Below are positions 38,457-50,913 of a DNA stretch of 64,000 bases, piece by piece. Numbering within the stretch: position 1 is the stretch's first letter; every line of letters begins with the position of its first letter. The translations under genes were made by a program, and so were the position numbers. This stretch comes from Octopus vulgaris (Eukaryota), in the NCBI GenBank assembly GCA_951406725.2, contig OX597817.1:136648001-136712000 (forward strand). Direction: 5' to 3'. Below the pieces are notes generated by a model, which saw nothing but the letters and a program-made list of their open reading frames with translations, did not search any database and had not been told where the DNA came from.

Positions 38457-39371
38457 GTAAACATGCATGGTCAGTTTATATTTCATTGCTATGTTTGGTT
38501 CTTTGTTAGCTTCGCTAATGTGATGTTGCATGTTACGTTGGTGTCTGTCCTTCTGTCGACATTTTTTCTTTCATAATGGCTATTGATTCTAACAAACATT
38601 CAACTCGTTTTTGTTGTTGTTGTTGTTGTTGTTCATGGTTTTGTTGTGTTTACTTGCAAAATAACAATTTCAATTTTTCAAATGTTGTTTACGTTTCTGA
38701 AATCTTAATTAGGTTTCCTGTTGTACTTCAAATATTCATTAATATAAAAAAATCATGGATTTTCAGGACCCCCCCCCCCCACCTCAACCCTGTGTTTTCT
38801 AACAATAACAATTTTACTTTTTTCTTTCTTTTTTCCCCTCATTATGGCATGGTTGTGACATTGGTCTTTGCAAATGTTGATGTTTAGTTGGAACTGATGT
38901 TTTTGGACTACTTACCAAGTTCTTTGTTGATTACTCAATTAAGAAGTGTAAACGATTTACTTTTGATTAGGTTGGCACAAATAAACGACGGCTTAAACAG
39001 TCAGATTGTGTCACTACATATAATTACCAAGTTGCAACTTGTGTCTTCTTATCAGTAAAGTGGCAACCTAACCTTGTAGCAACCGTGCAGTTGCCCTTCA
39101 TCATACATTATGAATATGGTCTTCATTCATATACACATTAAACACACACATTGTCATCTCTATTCCTAGTTAGATGTTATATTTATCTACATTAAAAATT
39201 TACTATAAATGTTTAATATTTGAATAATTCTTCTCATACATTTGTATTTACCAAGTTTAGAATTCCTCAGACAGATATTTCACTCTTGAGTACGTTTATA
39301 TTAATTCATATCTGTCAGAAGGTTATTTGATATATTACATTCTTCTTTGAAAATTATTTTTGTTTTTACAG

Positions 39372-39382
39372 CTTTTTACAAA
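39372..39382 (+). CDS. Candidate 11-nt microexon
   Basis: tttttgtttttacag acceptor and aa|gtaagt consensus donor. Confidence 0.25.
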
Positions 39383-40576
39383 GTAAGTGATTTAACGAGT
39401 GAGTAGTAGTTGTATTAAGTTGTACATTAGAGAAAACGAAATATATTTCTAAATGAATGTTATTACCTGAAGTGACCTATTAAGATGGATTTAGCTTCAG
39501 TATATTTGATAGGTATATGAAAATTAAATCTGTGTGTGTGTGCTTGTGTTTGTGTGAGCTGAGATTACATAATACCTCTTTGTAAGGTTTAAATATTCAA
39601 ATACTAACAAGCTTTTGTTCTTCACTTCGTGGAAACAAATCTATATTTTATATAAGATATCATCTTTAAGCAGCTTTACTCTTAGCAACTTCTTTTTCTA
39701 AACAACATTTGGAAAATTCTTCTTGACTAAATAGTATTAATATCTCTTTACGTATGTTTAAAACTGTAATTTGGTAAAAGTTGAGTTGGAAAAACCGTTT
39801 GTCTTTGTGACTATGAACTTCAAATTTTCTCAAAAAACATTATTAATTCGGTTGTGGGTAAAATACCTGGAACATTCTGCCTTGCTCTTGTTTCTTTCGT
39901 TGATTGAAATGAAGGGTTTGCAGCTATACGTGATCTTTAGGGGTGTTGTTTAGCTGTTAAAAGTGCTATGCATTCTTGGAGAACATGTATTAATTGATCC
40001 TTTAGCATCTTCTACATTTTCATTGAATTATGTTTTAGTATTTCCACTGATTTTGTTGGGTTAGAATTGAAATCAGTCTTCATTGTTACTTATCTAATTA
40101 CAGTGCAATTATTCCATGATAGATTGACCAAAGTAATGTTATTGATGGTTTTGAACTATAAACATTAAATTTTACTGGTTTTTAGCTGCTATTTTTATGC
40201 AGTTCCTGTCCTTGTTTTTTTATGTGACTGAATAAAACTGTTGTCTTGAATATGACACTCAGTGTTTAAGTCTTCCATTGTAGTACCATGTTCATATTCT
40301 TGGTACACCATTCTGCTTCTATTTTACTCATTCTAATATTCCATCTTGGTAAAAATTCATAGTTCTTTAACTGAAATTTTATTTGCATCCCTTTTTCAGG
40401 AAGCTATTTGTACATTCACTTTCTATTTTGTAAATTTTGTTCAATACAGTTTTGAAAATAGTTTAGTTTTCACTGTTTATCAATCTTTTTACTAAGGTAG
40501 ATTTTTGCCATGTATGTACATTATTTTGCTTCAACATATAGTCTGATCTCATGAAATGCTTCTAACTGTTCTGATA

Positions 40577-40790
40577 TCATCATCATCATCATTTAACATC
40601 CTTTTTTCCATGCTGGCATGAGTCGGTCTGTTTGATAAGAACAGGTGAGCCAGAGGGCTTTGCTAGACTCTGTGTCTGTTTTGGCATGATTTTTACAGCT
40701 TGATGCACTTCCTCAACCATATAACAGAGAGAACTGAGTGATTTTTACATGGCACCAGCTCTGGTCAGGTCACCAAGTTCCCACAAGACA
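40577..40790 (-). mobile_element. Family B
   Basis: (CAT)n-ttaacatcc...ttccatgctggcatg...tttacagcttgatgc. Confidence 0.8.
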
Positions 40791-40974
40791 CACACACACA
40801 CAACTGTTCTTATATTTATATATATATATGGCTGCTCTGATATCGCAAGATACATATATACAGCTACTCTGATATTACAGTATATGGATACAACTGTACT
40901 AATATTACACATTAAATATACCACAGCTTTGGTATAACAACTTTCTTTACTTCTGTCTGATTTCTCTGTTTCTG

Positions 40975-41240
40975 GTTCCTGTGCAGATAGCATGTAAAAA
41001 ATACCTTTTGAGTGTGGTTGTTGCCAGAACTGCCTGACAGGCCCTTGTGCAGGTGTCACGTAAAAGCACCCACTGCACTCTCAGAGTGGTTGGCATTAGG
41101 AAGGGCATCCAGCTGTAAAACCCTTGCCAGATCAGATTGGAGCCTGGTGCAGCTTCCTGGCTTGCCAGTCCTCAGTCAAACCATCCAACCCATGCCAGCA
41201 TGGAAAGCAGACGTTAAATGATGACAACGATGATGATGGT
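40975..41240 (+). mobile_element. Family B with two modules
   Basis: gtgcaggtgtcacgtaaaagcacccactgcactctcagagtggttggcattaggaagggcatcc...gacgttaaatgatga. Confidence 0.9.
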
Positions 41241-41368
41241 GACTGTCTGAATTTTCATTTGCATCATTTCCCTTTTCAAGTTAGTTGGTTGTTGTTTGAA
41301 GAATATTTGGTTGCTAATTCTAGCTTTTAAAGCAACCACTTTGAGGTTCACCCATTAATTGTCTGAAC

Positions 41369-41489
41369 CAGTGGTTCCCAACCCTTTTATTTAAATGAGT
41401 TTTCCCACAGACCTCTTTTAATATGCTTATCTCTTTATATACCTGTGCAGTCCACCAAGGATCCATGGACCCTTGGTTAGGAACCATTG
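41369..41489. mobile_element. hAT (Charlie/MER5-like) MITE, 121 bp
   Basis: TIRs cagtggttcccaacc / ggttaggaaccattg; 8-bp TSD gtctgaac (41361-41368) / gtctaaac (41490-41497). Confidence 0.85.
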
Positions 41490-42679
41490 GTCTAAACTAC
41501 ACACACACAAAGACAACAGCGTCAACAAAACAGAAACCTTAGCTGGATATGTAAATGGCACAGATTAAGCTCCATCTCACACAATCTCTGCCACTGGATC
41601 AGTGATCATGAAACACCCATATATCCATACTTCTCATAACACTACTCTACAAGCACAAGGCTCTTCACTAGACAAACATTAAAATGCACTGAGGCACAAA
41701 ACTAGCATTAAGTGTCACATTTTCCTTTTATAGTGGTGCTGCATCACCACCACCATTCTGGAGCAATAGTAGCAATCAATTCCATTTTGTCTCACCACTC
41801 TAGCATCACCAAAACCTACAAAAACATTGGTAAACCTAAAGGAGGTATGTTGTTGCTTGCTTTGCTAGAAACAGGAGCCAAATCTCCCTTTAAGCCTCGC
41901 CCTACTCATTGATGGTATAAGGTACCAGCCTGGTAAATGCCAGTGTTGCTATTGGTTATAAATCTGCTGGATGTAACTGCACAGTAAAAAAAACAAGAAC
42001 TTTCAGTAATTCTGCTGTTTTGGACTGCCATAAGAGACACTGACTGCAATTAAATAGTTTTTTCCCTTATTGATTTTTATCAATTGACAGTCTATTGATT
42101 TACATAGATTAATGTTAAATGATGAGTATTTTTATGGGATAATCTATGAATTTAATCTCTTTATTGCAAATCGTTTATTTTCTTTTTACCATTTCTTATT
42201 GTTTCATATTTGGCATTTATACAACTTATCAATTTATATTTAAAAAAAAAAGAAAAAAACACAGCATTATCCATGCACATTTTTTTATTCTATTTCACTT
42301 GACTCTAAATATTTCCTACTTTTGCACCATTCTAACTTTACTTTGAAGATTTCACAAAGTTCATCTCTGCCTTAGTTCCTCAACTTTGCTGGTTCTGGTA
42401 TTGTCCTTTGCTTCCTTGTTTTTTTTTTGTTTTTTTTTCTTCACCTGAATAAGGAAGAAGTACATATCTTGAGCATGTTACATGGAAAGAAACAGAATGA
42501 AACTACAAATAAATTAATAATCTAATTTATAATTTTGCATAGATTTATATGGTCATCGTGGAAGGCAGATTTGATGAGACAAAGTGTGGGTATTTGCTAT
42601 TCATTATTAACCGGAGAATGAAAGCAACATGCATGCCACATGCCACCCCCCTCAATATACTGCGTATTTATCAGAATAA

Positions 42680-42990
42680 TTGTATGTCTTGCACTGGCCC
42701 TACCATTTGGTTTCTAGCTCAGTCTTTTACTATAACCATGAGCCAAATCAAAGCCATGTGAGTGCATTTAGTAGGCAGAAACTGAAAGAAGCCTGTTGTA
42801 TATGTGTGTGTGTTGGTATTGTGTTAGCAGTGTCCTTTAATTTGCTATCTTTTGTGAAAACAAGTGTGTGGCTGCATGGAAATGTTAACTTGCTTGGAAG
42901 TAGATAAGGGTTGGCAACAGGAATGATATCCTTCTACTTCCATCTGATCAATGCAAGCATGGAAGGTGGTCATTGAAACAAAACAGTGAT
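42680..42990 (+). mobile_element. Decayed chimeric SINE (A head, B-like tail)
   Basis: tactataacc...aaagccatgtgagtgcatttagtaggcagaaactgaaagaagcc, then gggttggcaacaggaa...atgcaagcatggaagg. Confidence 0.65.
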
Positions 42991-43189
42991 GACAGACTGA
43001 CACACACATTGATCTCTTTCACTCTCTTCCATTTTCTCTCTTCCTCTTGCCCTCTCCCTCTGACTGGATAACCATGTATTTCCTCTAGAGCTAGACACCC
43101 CGTTTCTGTCTCTCTGTCACACTCTAAACCTCTCATCACCTAGCACAAAGCCAATCCTCTAATACCTTCCTTCTCAAAGGATCTTTGTC

Positions 43190-43515
43190 TTGCAAGTTAC
43201 TTGGTGATCCTGCCAGTGCTGATGCCATGTAAAAAAGCACCTAGGCCACTCTTCTAAAGTGGTTGGCATTAGGAAGAGCATCCAGCTGTAATAACCATGC
43301 CAAAACAGACATTGCCAGTGTTGGTGCGAATATAAAAAGCACTCAGTCCACTCTGTAAGTGGGTGGGGTGGCATTAGGAATGATATCCAGCCATAAAAGC
43401 CATGCTGAAACAGACAATGAAGCTAGGTGCAGTCTTCTTGTTTTGCCAGCTCCTGTCAAGCTGTCCAACCCATACCAGCATGGAAAATGAATGTTAATTG
43501 ATGATGATGATGATA
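43190..43515 (+). mobile_element. Family B with internal duplication
   Basis: Two successive aaaaagcac...ggcattaggaa...atccagc segments, then ccaacccataccagcatggaaa (GAT)n. Confidence 0.8.
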
Positions 43516-43529
43516 TCTTATCGTTACAT

Positions 43530-43640
43530 CTTATCGTTACATTTCCATGCTTACATGGGTAAGACAGGAGTATGTTGGGGCAGAGCAGAGATTTTCTACA
43601 ACTGGATACCCTTTCTGTTACCAATCTCTATAGATTTCCA
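43530..43640 (-). mobile_element. B-tail fragment, tail-to-tail with the previous copy
   Basis: tttccatgcttacatgggt...gattttctacaactggatacc. Confidence 0.6.
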
Positions 43641-44214
43641 GATGAGATAAAAATCTGCCAGTCTATTGAACAATGTGTGTGTGTGTGTGTATGTTAGAAT
43701 TGTGCTTAGCCATAGCAGAACCAATAACTGGTTGCAAGTACTCAACATAGTTATAATGTATATTACAAATGAGTTCTGGTGGTGAGGTGCTGTGAATTCA
43801 CTGATATCCTCATATAACCAGACTAGTTATATGTATTGTGATATATCAGAACAGGTGTATATATTGTGTTATGAGAACATCTAGAAGTATTTTGTGCTAT
43901 CAGTATATATGTTAAAGAATGAATAATAATAGAACCTACTAGCATTGACAATCTCCATTTATTAACACAAGCTATACGAATGTGCAGGTATGTATAATAT
44001 GTGCCTTTCATGCTGTGTGTGTATGTGTCTGTGTGAGCTTGCATATGTATAAATTCATTTGTCGCTTTTGAATTTTTTACGATGAGGTGTATACATCTTT
44101 AATCAATAATTTTATTCCTATTTTCTTTCTTTCTTTCTCGTGTTACATTGCTTCCTTCCCACCCCTTTCTTTTCCTCTCTGTTATTATTATTATTATTAT
44201 TTTTATTATTATTA

Positions 44215-44253
<39 letters not shown>

Positions 44254-44629
44254 ATCCTGTATTTAATTTTCATATAGTCTATCACTGTAAAAAGTGCTAA
44301 ATTTAATACTCTTTTGCCTGAATCAATGAATAGTTTAACTATTTAGTGCATAATTGATGAGTGTATATAAAGTTTTGTGAGTTCGGATGAAGTTTATAAT
44401 TGTATGTAGAATTGCATTATTAATAGTTGTGAGGGAGCTAGCAGTAACTAAAACATTTCTACATTAAACAACTCCTGTTCATCACTTTTTCATACTTTTG
44501 CATACACCTGTATAGCTTATAAACACACACTAATGATTCTTACAGTGGATCCAATCATTGGACTGCAGCCTTGTTAAAACATCCTCAAGCGTTTTAGTCC
44601 TTTGTGTGTGTATTTTATTTATAATTGTA

Positions 44630-45300
44630 CCATAACCAAAGCAAAAGAAATCCCAATCTCTACATCATGAAGAAACACTAACACTGACGGTGTAAACAAA
44701 ACAACAAATATAAATATTCCATTAGTATTCACCTATAATCCTTGAAACCATTAACATCCTACATTCAGCCAAATGACACCTCCCAATTCTACATCAGTCA
44801 TCAAATCCCCAACAAATAATCAAAGAATCAGAAATCATTAACAGCCAAAGACAACCACCAAATCTCCAAAGACTTCCAACAGAGGTGAGATTTACATTGG
44901 AGGAAGAAACAGTGCAGGTAAGAAACTGTGGGGGACATGTGAAATAATTGAGCAAAGAACAACTGAATGATTAAAATGGAAATGAATTGAAAGTGAATAT
45001 AAAACTTGAATTGAAAAACAAAAAATCTCATCTACTGTCATCATATGCCCATGATGCAGTGAGAATTACATTGGAGAAACGAGGACTAAACTACCCAGTC
45101 ATGTGAACGTGCATAAACAACAAATTAAAGATTCATCTCTTAGAAATGTTCCATGTAGTGAACATCTAGATGTTTGTGCAAATAGAAAATTAAAAATATC
45201 ATTCTCCTTTTACAATAAAAGATGGAAATGATCAACTACAAAAGGCAGAAGAAGAATGAATTATAAATCCAAAACTAAAACCGAAAAAGTTAACACCATT
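44630..45300 (+). pseudogene. Penelope-like element C-terminal relic (linker + GIY-YIG endonuclease)
   Basis: Hand translation across frameshifts: IPLVFTYNP (~44716), SQRQPPNLQRL (~44843), a Cys cluster (~44910-44940), NLIYC/IICP*CSENYIGET RTKL..HVNVHKQQIKD (45024-45133), EHLDVC. Confidence 0.8.
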
Positions 45301-45593
45301 ACAAAAAAATTAAAATAAAAAAACAACTTCCCTTTGTATATCAGTCCAGAATGCATGTTTGAAGTTGAAAAATGAAAGTGCTTACACACAAAATACACAC
45401 TAGACATAAAATACTATATACATACTTCTTCCAGAGATGTTAGCAACGTTCTATTAAATAAAAGAAATTTCTTTTAAATAGTTAATAACTTTTAAAAAGA
45501 TCTTTTTCTAAATGCTGTAACTGTATCAAGTAATTTTTACAAAAACTTATGTCTGTCTGTGTGTCCATCTGTCCATCTATCTGTCTGTCTGTG

Positions 45594-45624
<31 letters not shown>

Positions 45625-45625
<1 letters not shown>

Positions 45626-45770
45626 GAGATGCAGTGGCCCAGTGGTTAGGGCAGTTGTAGGATCACGGTTTTGATTCTCAGATTGGGCGTTGTGTTATTG
45701 AGTGAAAACATCTAAAATTCCACAGGGGGTGGTGGTGAACCCTGCTGTACTCTTGAAGCTAACTTTTTTT
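45625..45770 (+). mobile_element. tRNA-like retroposon 5' head
   Basis: ggagatgcagtggcccagtggttagggcag...ggttttgattctc (A/B-box-like); same head as 29827-29857. Confidence 0.7.
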
Positions 45771-46530
45771 CCTACATCTTGATCTTTGGATCTTATATCT
45801 GTTTATGTCTATATATTTGTGCGGTATGTGTGTGTGTGTGTGTGATGAGTGGTCATCTTGTGGGTATGTATGTGTCACTATCACCATCATTTAATGTCTG
45901 TGTCTATACATATTACATTATGTCATATATAATACATATGTAAATATGTAAGTATATAAATGTATCTTAACTCACAAACACTGTGTGTGTGGTATACTTC
46001 CCATCTCTATGTATATTGTTGTATTTGCACACTTAATGACCAGTAACTGACCTAAAATACTCTAAATCTTCTGAAAGCTCTTCCTTTTGCTCTTTCCTTC
46101 CTTCTGGGTTGTAGTCTTGTTATTGTTGAAACTCTCTTTTTGAAAGGACCATATTTACACTGAATAAAATACATAAAAATTCTAAGGTTTGTAAGTATAA
46201 TATAGGTTCTTGTTTGATATCTTTATATTTAGAAATATTTTATGGATATGTCTGTTTGTGATAAATTGTGATTCATTCAGCAGAGCAGGTGGCTGTTTAT
46301 TCAGCAGTAAACTTCTGTCAAATATTGAACTTGTGCAAAATTTATATATTTTTCTCTTAAGATGGAAAAAAGAAACCCAAATTGTTTTTTTTTGCTTTCT
46401 TGTCTGTAAAAACATGCTCTATGTCCACTGCATAAACATTTTGTTTGGTTCTTAAGAGCAGCAATGATTATTTTTAATTAAACTCATAAGCTGCCGGTAG
46501 ATAATTTTTTTTCTACAATCACACATCTGT

Positions 46531-46888
46531 TATCTTTAATCTTTCACTTGTTTCAGTCATTCAACTGTGGCCATGCTGGGGCACTGCCTTGAGGAATTTT
46601 AATTGAATGAATTCACCCCAGTAATTTTTTTTAAAGCCTGGTGCTTATTCTATTGATCTGTTTTGCTGAACTGCTAAGTTGCATGGACATAAGCATACCA
46701 ACACTGGTTCTCAAGTGATGGTAGCAGTCAGACAAATACATGCTTACACACACACATGCTCACATGACAGGCTTCTTTCAGTTTCCCTCCACCAAATCTA
46801 CTCACAATCTTCGGTCAATCTAAGCTCACTTGCCCAAGGTGCCACACAGTGGCACAGAACCTGGTACCATGTGGTTACTCCTGCACCT
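46531..46888 (-). mobile_element. SINE family A
   Basis: cttgtttcagtcatt...ccatgctggggcactgcc...ggcttctttcagtttcc...cacttgcccaaggtgccacacagtgg. Confidence 0.88.
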
Positions 46889-46950
46889 AGAAAAATGCTT
46901 CACAAATATGCATGTCATCCCTCTTACTAAAGCTCACACACACACACACA

Positions 46951-47412
46951 CAGTAATCCCTCAATTAACGTGGGTGTTACATTCCAAAACACTCCGTGAT
47001 AGGTGAAAATCTGTGAAGTAAAAACAGTAATGTACTGTAAATTTTTAAAAAATTATTTTTATAATTTGTATATATTTATTTTATTATAAATGCAAAACAC
47101 CACACACTTACCTCCCAAGTTTTGCTTTCCATACAGTATGTGTGATTCTTGTTTACTCATCTTCCATGCACTACGTATTTTCTTTTAATATATCTTAATT
47201 AATGTGTTATACAGTGCAGTACTGTATTGTATCTTTATTTATTAATTTATTAATTTTTAGGCAGAAATAATTAAAATCTAAAACAATTTAAATACCTATT
47301 GGTCACAGAAACTCATGATATATTGAGGAGTTCGCAAAATAAATTTAGCCATAAAAATACGTTATGTACTGAGGGTGCGATAGATGAATCACAATATGAT
47401 GAGAGATTACTG
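46951..47412. mobile_element. pogo/Tigger-like non-autonomous DNA transposon
   Basis: Termini cagtaatccctc / gagagattactg followed by TA; AT-rich interior. Confidence 0.75.
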
Positions 47413-47770
47413 TATAAACAAATATATTTGTAATACTGTGGTTGTGTTTTGTCTTGTTACTGAAGACTGTTGGATGTTTTGTTATCTAACCAAAAAGTTG
47501 AAGGTTCATATTTCAATACCAGTAGTGCTTCTCTGTATCCATAGCCAAAAGATGAATTAATGCTATCAATAACTAATTACACTTTGTATGTATAACTAAT
47601 TAATTTAAGGAGCAGTGAGAACATGAGATAATTAATGTTACTTCCTCCTGCAGTGCTTGATTAGTTCTTTGTGTATGTCTTGAGAGTACAATAGAAGCTA
47701 TTCCAACAGTCAGGTTAGAGACCCTTCCATCATATTAAGTCAAGGCATTCTTATTTGGGTCCTGATTTAA

Positions 47771-47981
47771 CCCTTTTGATACCAAACTACCTAAAACCAT
47801 CCATGGATTTGTGATAGAAATTTTCGTTTTTTAAAGTGAACTAAATTAAAACCTTTCATAAAAATTTCATATTAATTCATTCCAAACTCCAATTCCATCA
47901 TAAGTTATTTTATTCTTCATCATTACCAAAATAGTTAAAACAAACGCTGTGTATTTTAACAGGAATTTGGTAACAAAAGAG
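47771..47981. mobile_element. piggyBac-like MITE
   Basis: TTAA on both sides (47767-47770, 47982-47985); TIRs cccttttgataccaaa / tttggtaacaaaagag. Confidence 0.8.
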
Positions 47982-48599
47982 TTAAGTGTTGTTCAACACT
48001 TGGTTCTACCAGTCACTTGCTGAAGCTTTTCTACCAAACTATTTGGTATCAGCATTGTCGTTGGTTTTAGTTTTCCATCAGACCAGTCACCAATTCACTG
48101 AATTTCTTTTTATTCCCCACTAGTCCTAAAATTCTTTTAATACTGATGCAGATGGTTTCTGTAATTACTCAGAATATTTCAATCTCTAACCATAGTAACA
48201 CTTGATTTCCTGTGCTGTGTCAGATTGATATTTTTTTACATTTTCTAGCTAGCATATTTCTTTTAGGTTCAACTCCTCCTCTCACCATCATCATCATTAT
48301 CATTATTCAGGGTGTGCATGAATGTTTCACATTCGGAATCAATGTCCTTGATACCAGATTACAACTAGTCCCTTAAATATCAAAAAACCTTCCTTCCAAT
48401 CCTTGTTGTGCCCAAAAGAACAAATTTCTGAATTAAGGCAATTCTCGGAGTTACACCAATCTCAATAAGGGAGCTATTAAGTCTGTTGGTGGTGGTGGTG
48501 GTGGTGGTATGTAGAGCACCTACGGCAATTGGGATTACTTTTGTAGAAAGCCTCCACAGTTTTATTTGGGAGGGTTTGCTTATATTATTATTATTATTA

Positions 48600-48742
48600 A
48601 TTTCAAATTCTGCTGAGGTCGACTTTGCCTTTCATGCTTTCAGGGTCAATAAATTATGTACGAATGAAACACTGGGGTTGATGTAATCGTCCCCTCCCCA
48701 CAAATTTCAGGCCTTGTGCTTTTAGTAGAAAAGATTATTATT
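48600..48742 (+). mobile_element. SINE family C, 5'-truncated, within (TAT)n
   Basis: ttcaaattctgctgaggtcgactttgcctttcatgc...ggccttgtgcttttagtagaaaagattattatt. Confidence 0.85.
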
Positions 48743-50256
48743 ATGTTTCTTGATGATTGTTGTTTAACAAGCCACATGAAACTGGAAGTAACTGTATCAT
48801 CCCTCCCCCTCAACAAAAAAAAATATAGAATTACAAAGCTAATGCTTTTTGAAATTTTATCAACTCCCAAACTTCCAATTTTCCTCCTCTTAGAACTATT
48901 TCTTCAACAAAACAAAGCAGAAAGTAAAAGCTGATTTTAGCAGGGTTTTTTTTTTTTTTCCTTTTTTTAAAAGAAATAAATCCTGAATTCATAAACAATG
49001 CATAAAATATTTCAGTCAGTTAATTAAAATTGTCTTTTGCAGTTATTTCGTTTATTACTAATGATATGTATGAAATATATATAAATATATGTATGAGTGA
49101 CACCTTTACACTACAGTGTAGTGCAGGAAACAAACGAAAATAGAGTATTGGCTATTTATGTGCATGTGTGTGTGTTAAGGGTGTGGTGAGATGTGTGTGT
49201 GTGTATGGTTATTACACATACATTCAGTTACAATGTTGTGCAATCAAACCTAATGTCATTTCAGGCTCCAGTCCTACACTAATATAAAAGTGTGTTTATG
49301 TACACCAATATATATATCATCACATTCAATGATGATGATGATATGTGGATATAGATAGGTAGAGAGAGAGAGAGAGAGAGAGGCAGACAGACAATGCTTC
49401 AGCCATATTTTTATGTTAGTGTACTGATATCCATAATTTTATCTTTCTAGTTGTATTCAGTTGCTGTACAGTTTGAAAAGTGAAGCCACTGGTCAAGCAA
49501 GGCTACTGTTTGTTGCAGATCTAGCTGCTGCTGCTGATGTTGTGTGTGTGTGTAATTGCTTTAGTTCCATAGTGTAGGATAGAGTGAGTAATGGAGAGAT
49601 TGATGGCTGGTCAGACAGACAGACAGCTAGACAACAAGGCAGACAGCAAATGCTCTGGCCAACTATGAAGCCAGCAGCAGCAGCAGCAGCAGCTGCAGCC
49701 GGCTGACTGGCTAGTTGTGGCCAGCCATGCTTATTGATCAACCACTGATGAAGGGTGTGAACATGGACAATCAATAGTTAGGAAGGCCAAAGTATGTGTT
49801 TACATCTTTGTGGAACTCATGCACAGAAAATAGTAGATCAACATTGTAGCCAGTGCTAGCTACTGCTGACCAACCAAGCAACTTGTAAATAATAGTGGTC
49901 AAAAGGAGACTGACAGTCTAGCAGTAGACTCACTAACAAACTGGCTTCTCTTATTCCATCCAATATAGTTTCTCCAAATTTTATTTATCAATCCCACCTT
50001 AATTATATTTATCTAGTCTCTCCTTATTTATATTTTCCCCCCTCCTTTTCTATTACGTATTTGTTTTTATCTTCTTCTACTCTCTTTCTCTTTCTTCTTC
50101 TTCCTTTTCTCTCTCTCTCACCTTTTTTTCTCTTTCTTTCATCCCCACCTCTCTGTTTCCTAATCAAACTCAGTTATATCTTTACTGCACATTTCTTTCT
50201 AGTTGTACCCACCACCCCTCAATTCATTACCTTTATGCCTCTCTGTCTTGATATTT

Positions 50257-50292
<36 letters not shown>

Positions 50293-50882
50293 ATATATAT
50301 CTAATTATGTATGTATACATTAAACTGTAGTCTATCATATATCTATGTTAATCTTCTTGCCTTTTTAGTGGACTCTGTGTCTATGTTTGTCCATTTACCT
50401 ATCTATCTTCCGAGATCATTTATCCACCTACCAACCTACCAGCCAGCCTACTTACCTACATACCTACACACACACACACACACACATGCACACACCTCAC
50501 TCTCTCTCTCTCTCTCTCTCTTTAATTTCTATATATCTGGTGGTATGTGTGTAGCAATATTATATACATTCAATACTAACATACCTATCTCCTTGCTTAT
50601 CCGTTTTGTTTGTTCCACTCTCTTTATATTACCTGTTTATGTTTACTGTTTATTTCCATATTTGTTTTCTGATTCTCCAACCTTCAAGGTGACAGAGGTG
50701 TGTCTATTGATAGTTATTATGGCTGATATTACTAATGGACTTGGTTTTGTTGTAATTATGTTGTTGCTAATAAAGTTGTTTTGTCTGTCAGATACACTTT
50801 CAAAAGTTCTTTTCACTATCAGCCTCACCAATTTTAGCTTTTCTCTTCCCAAATGTCCTTCACATAAAGCCAATCATTACAC

Positions 50883-50913
<31 letters not shown>

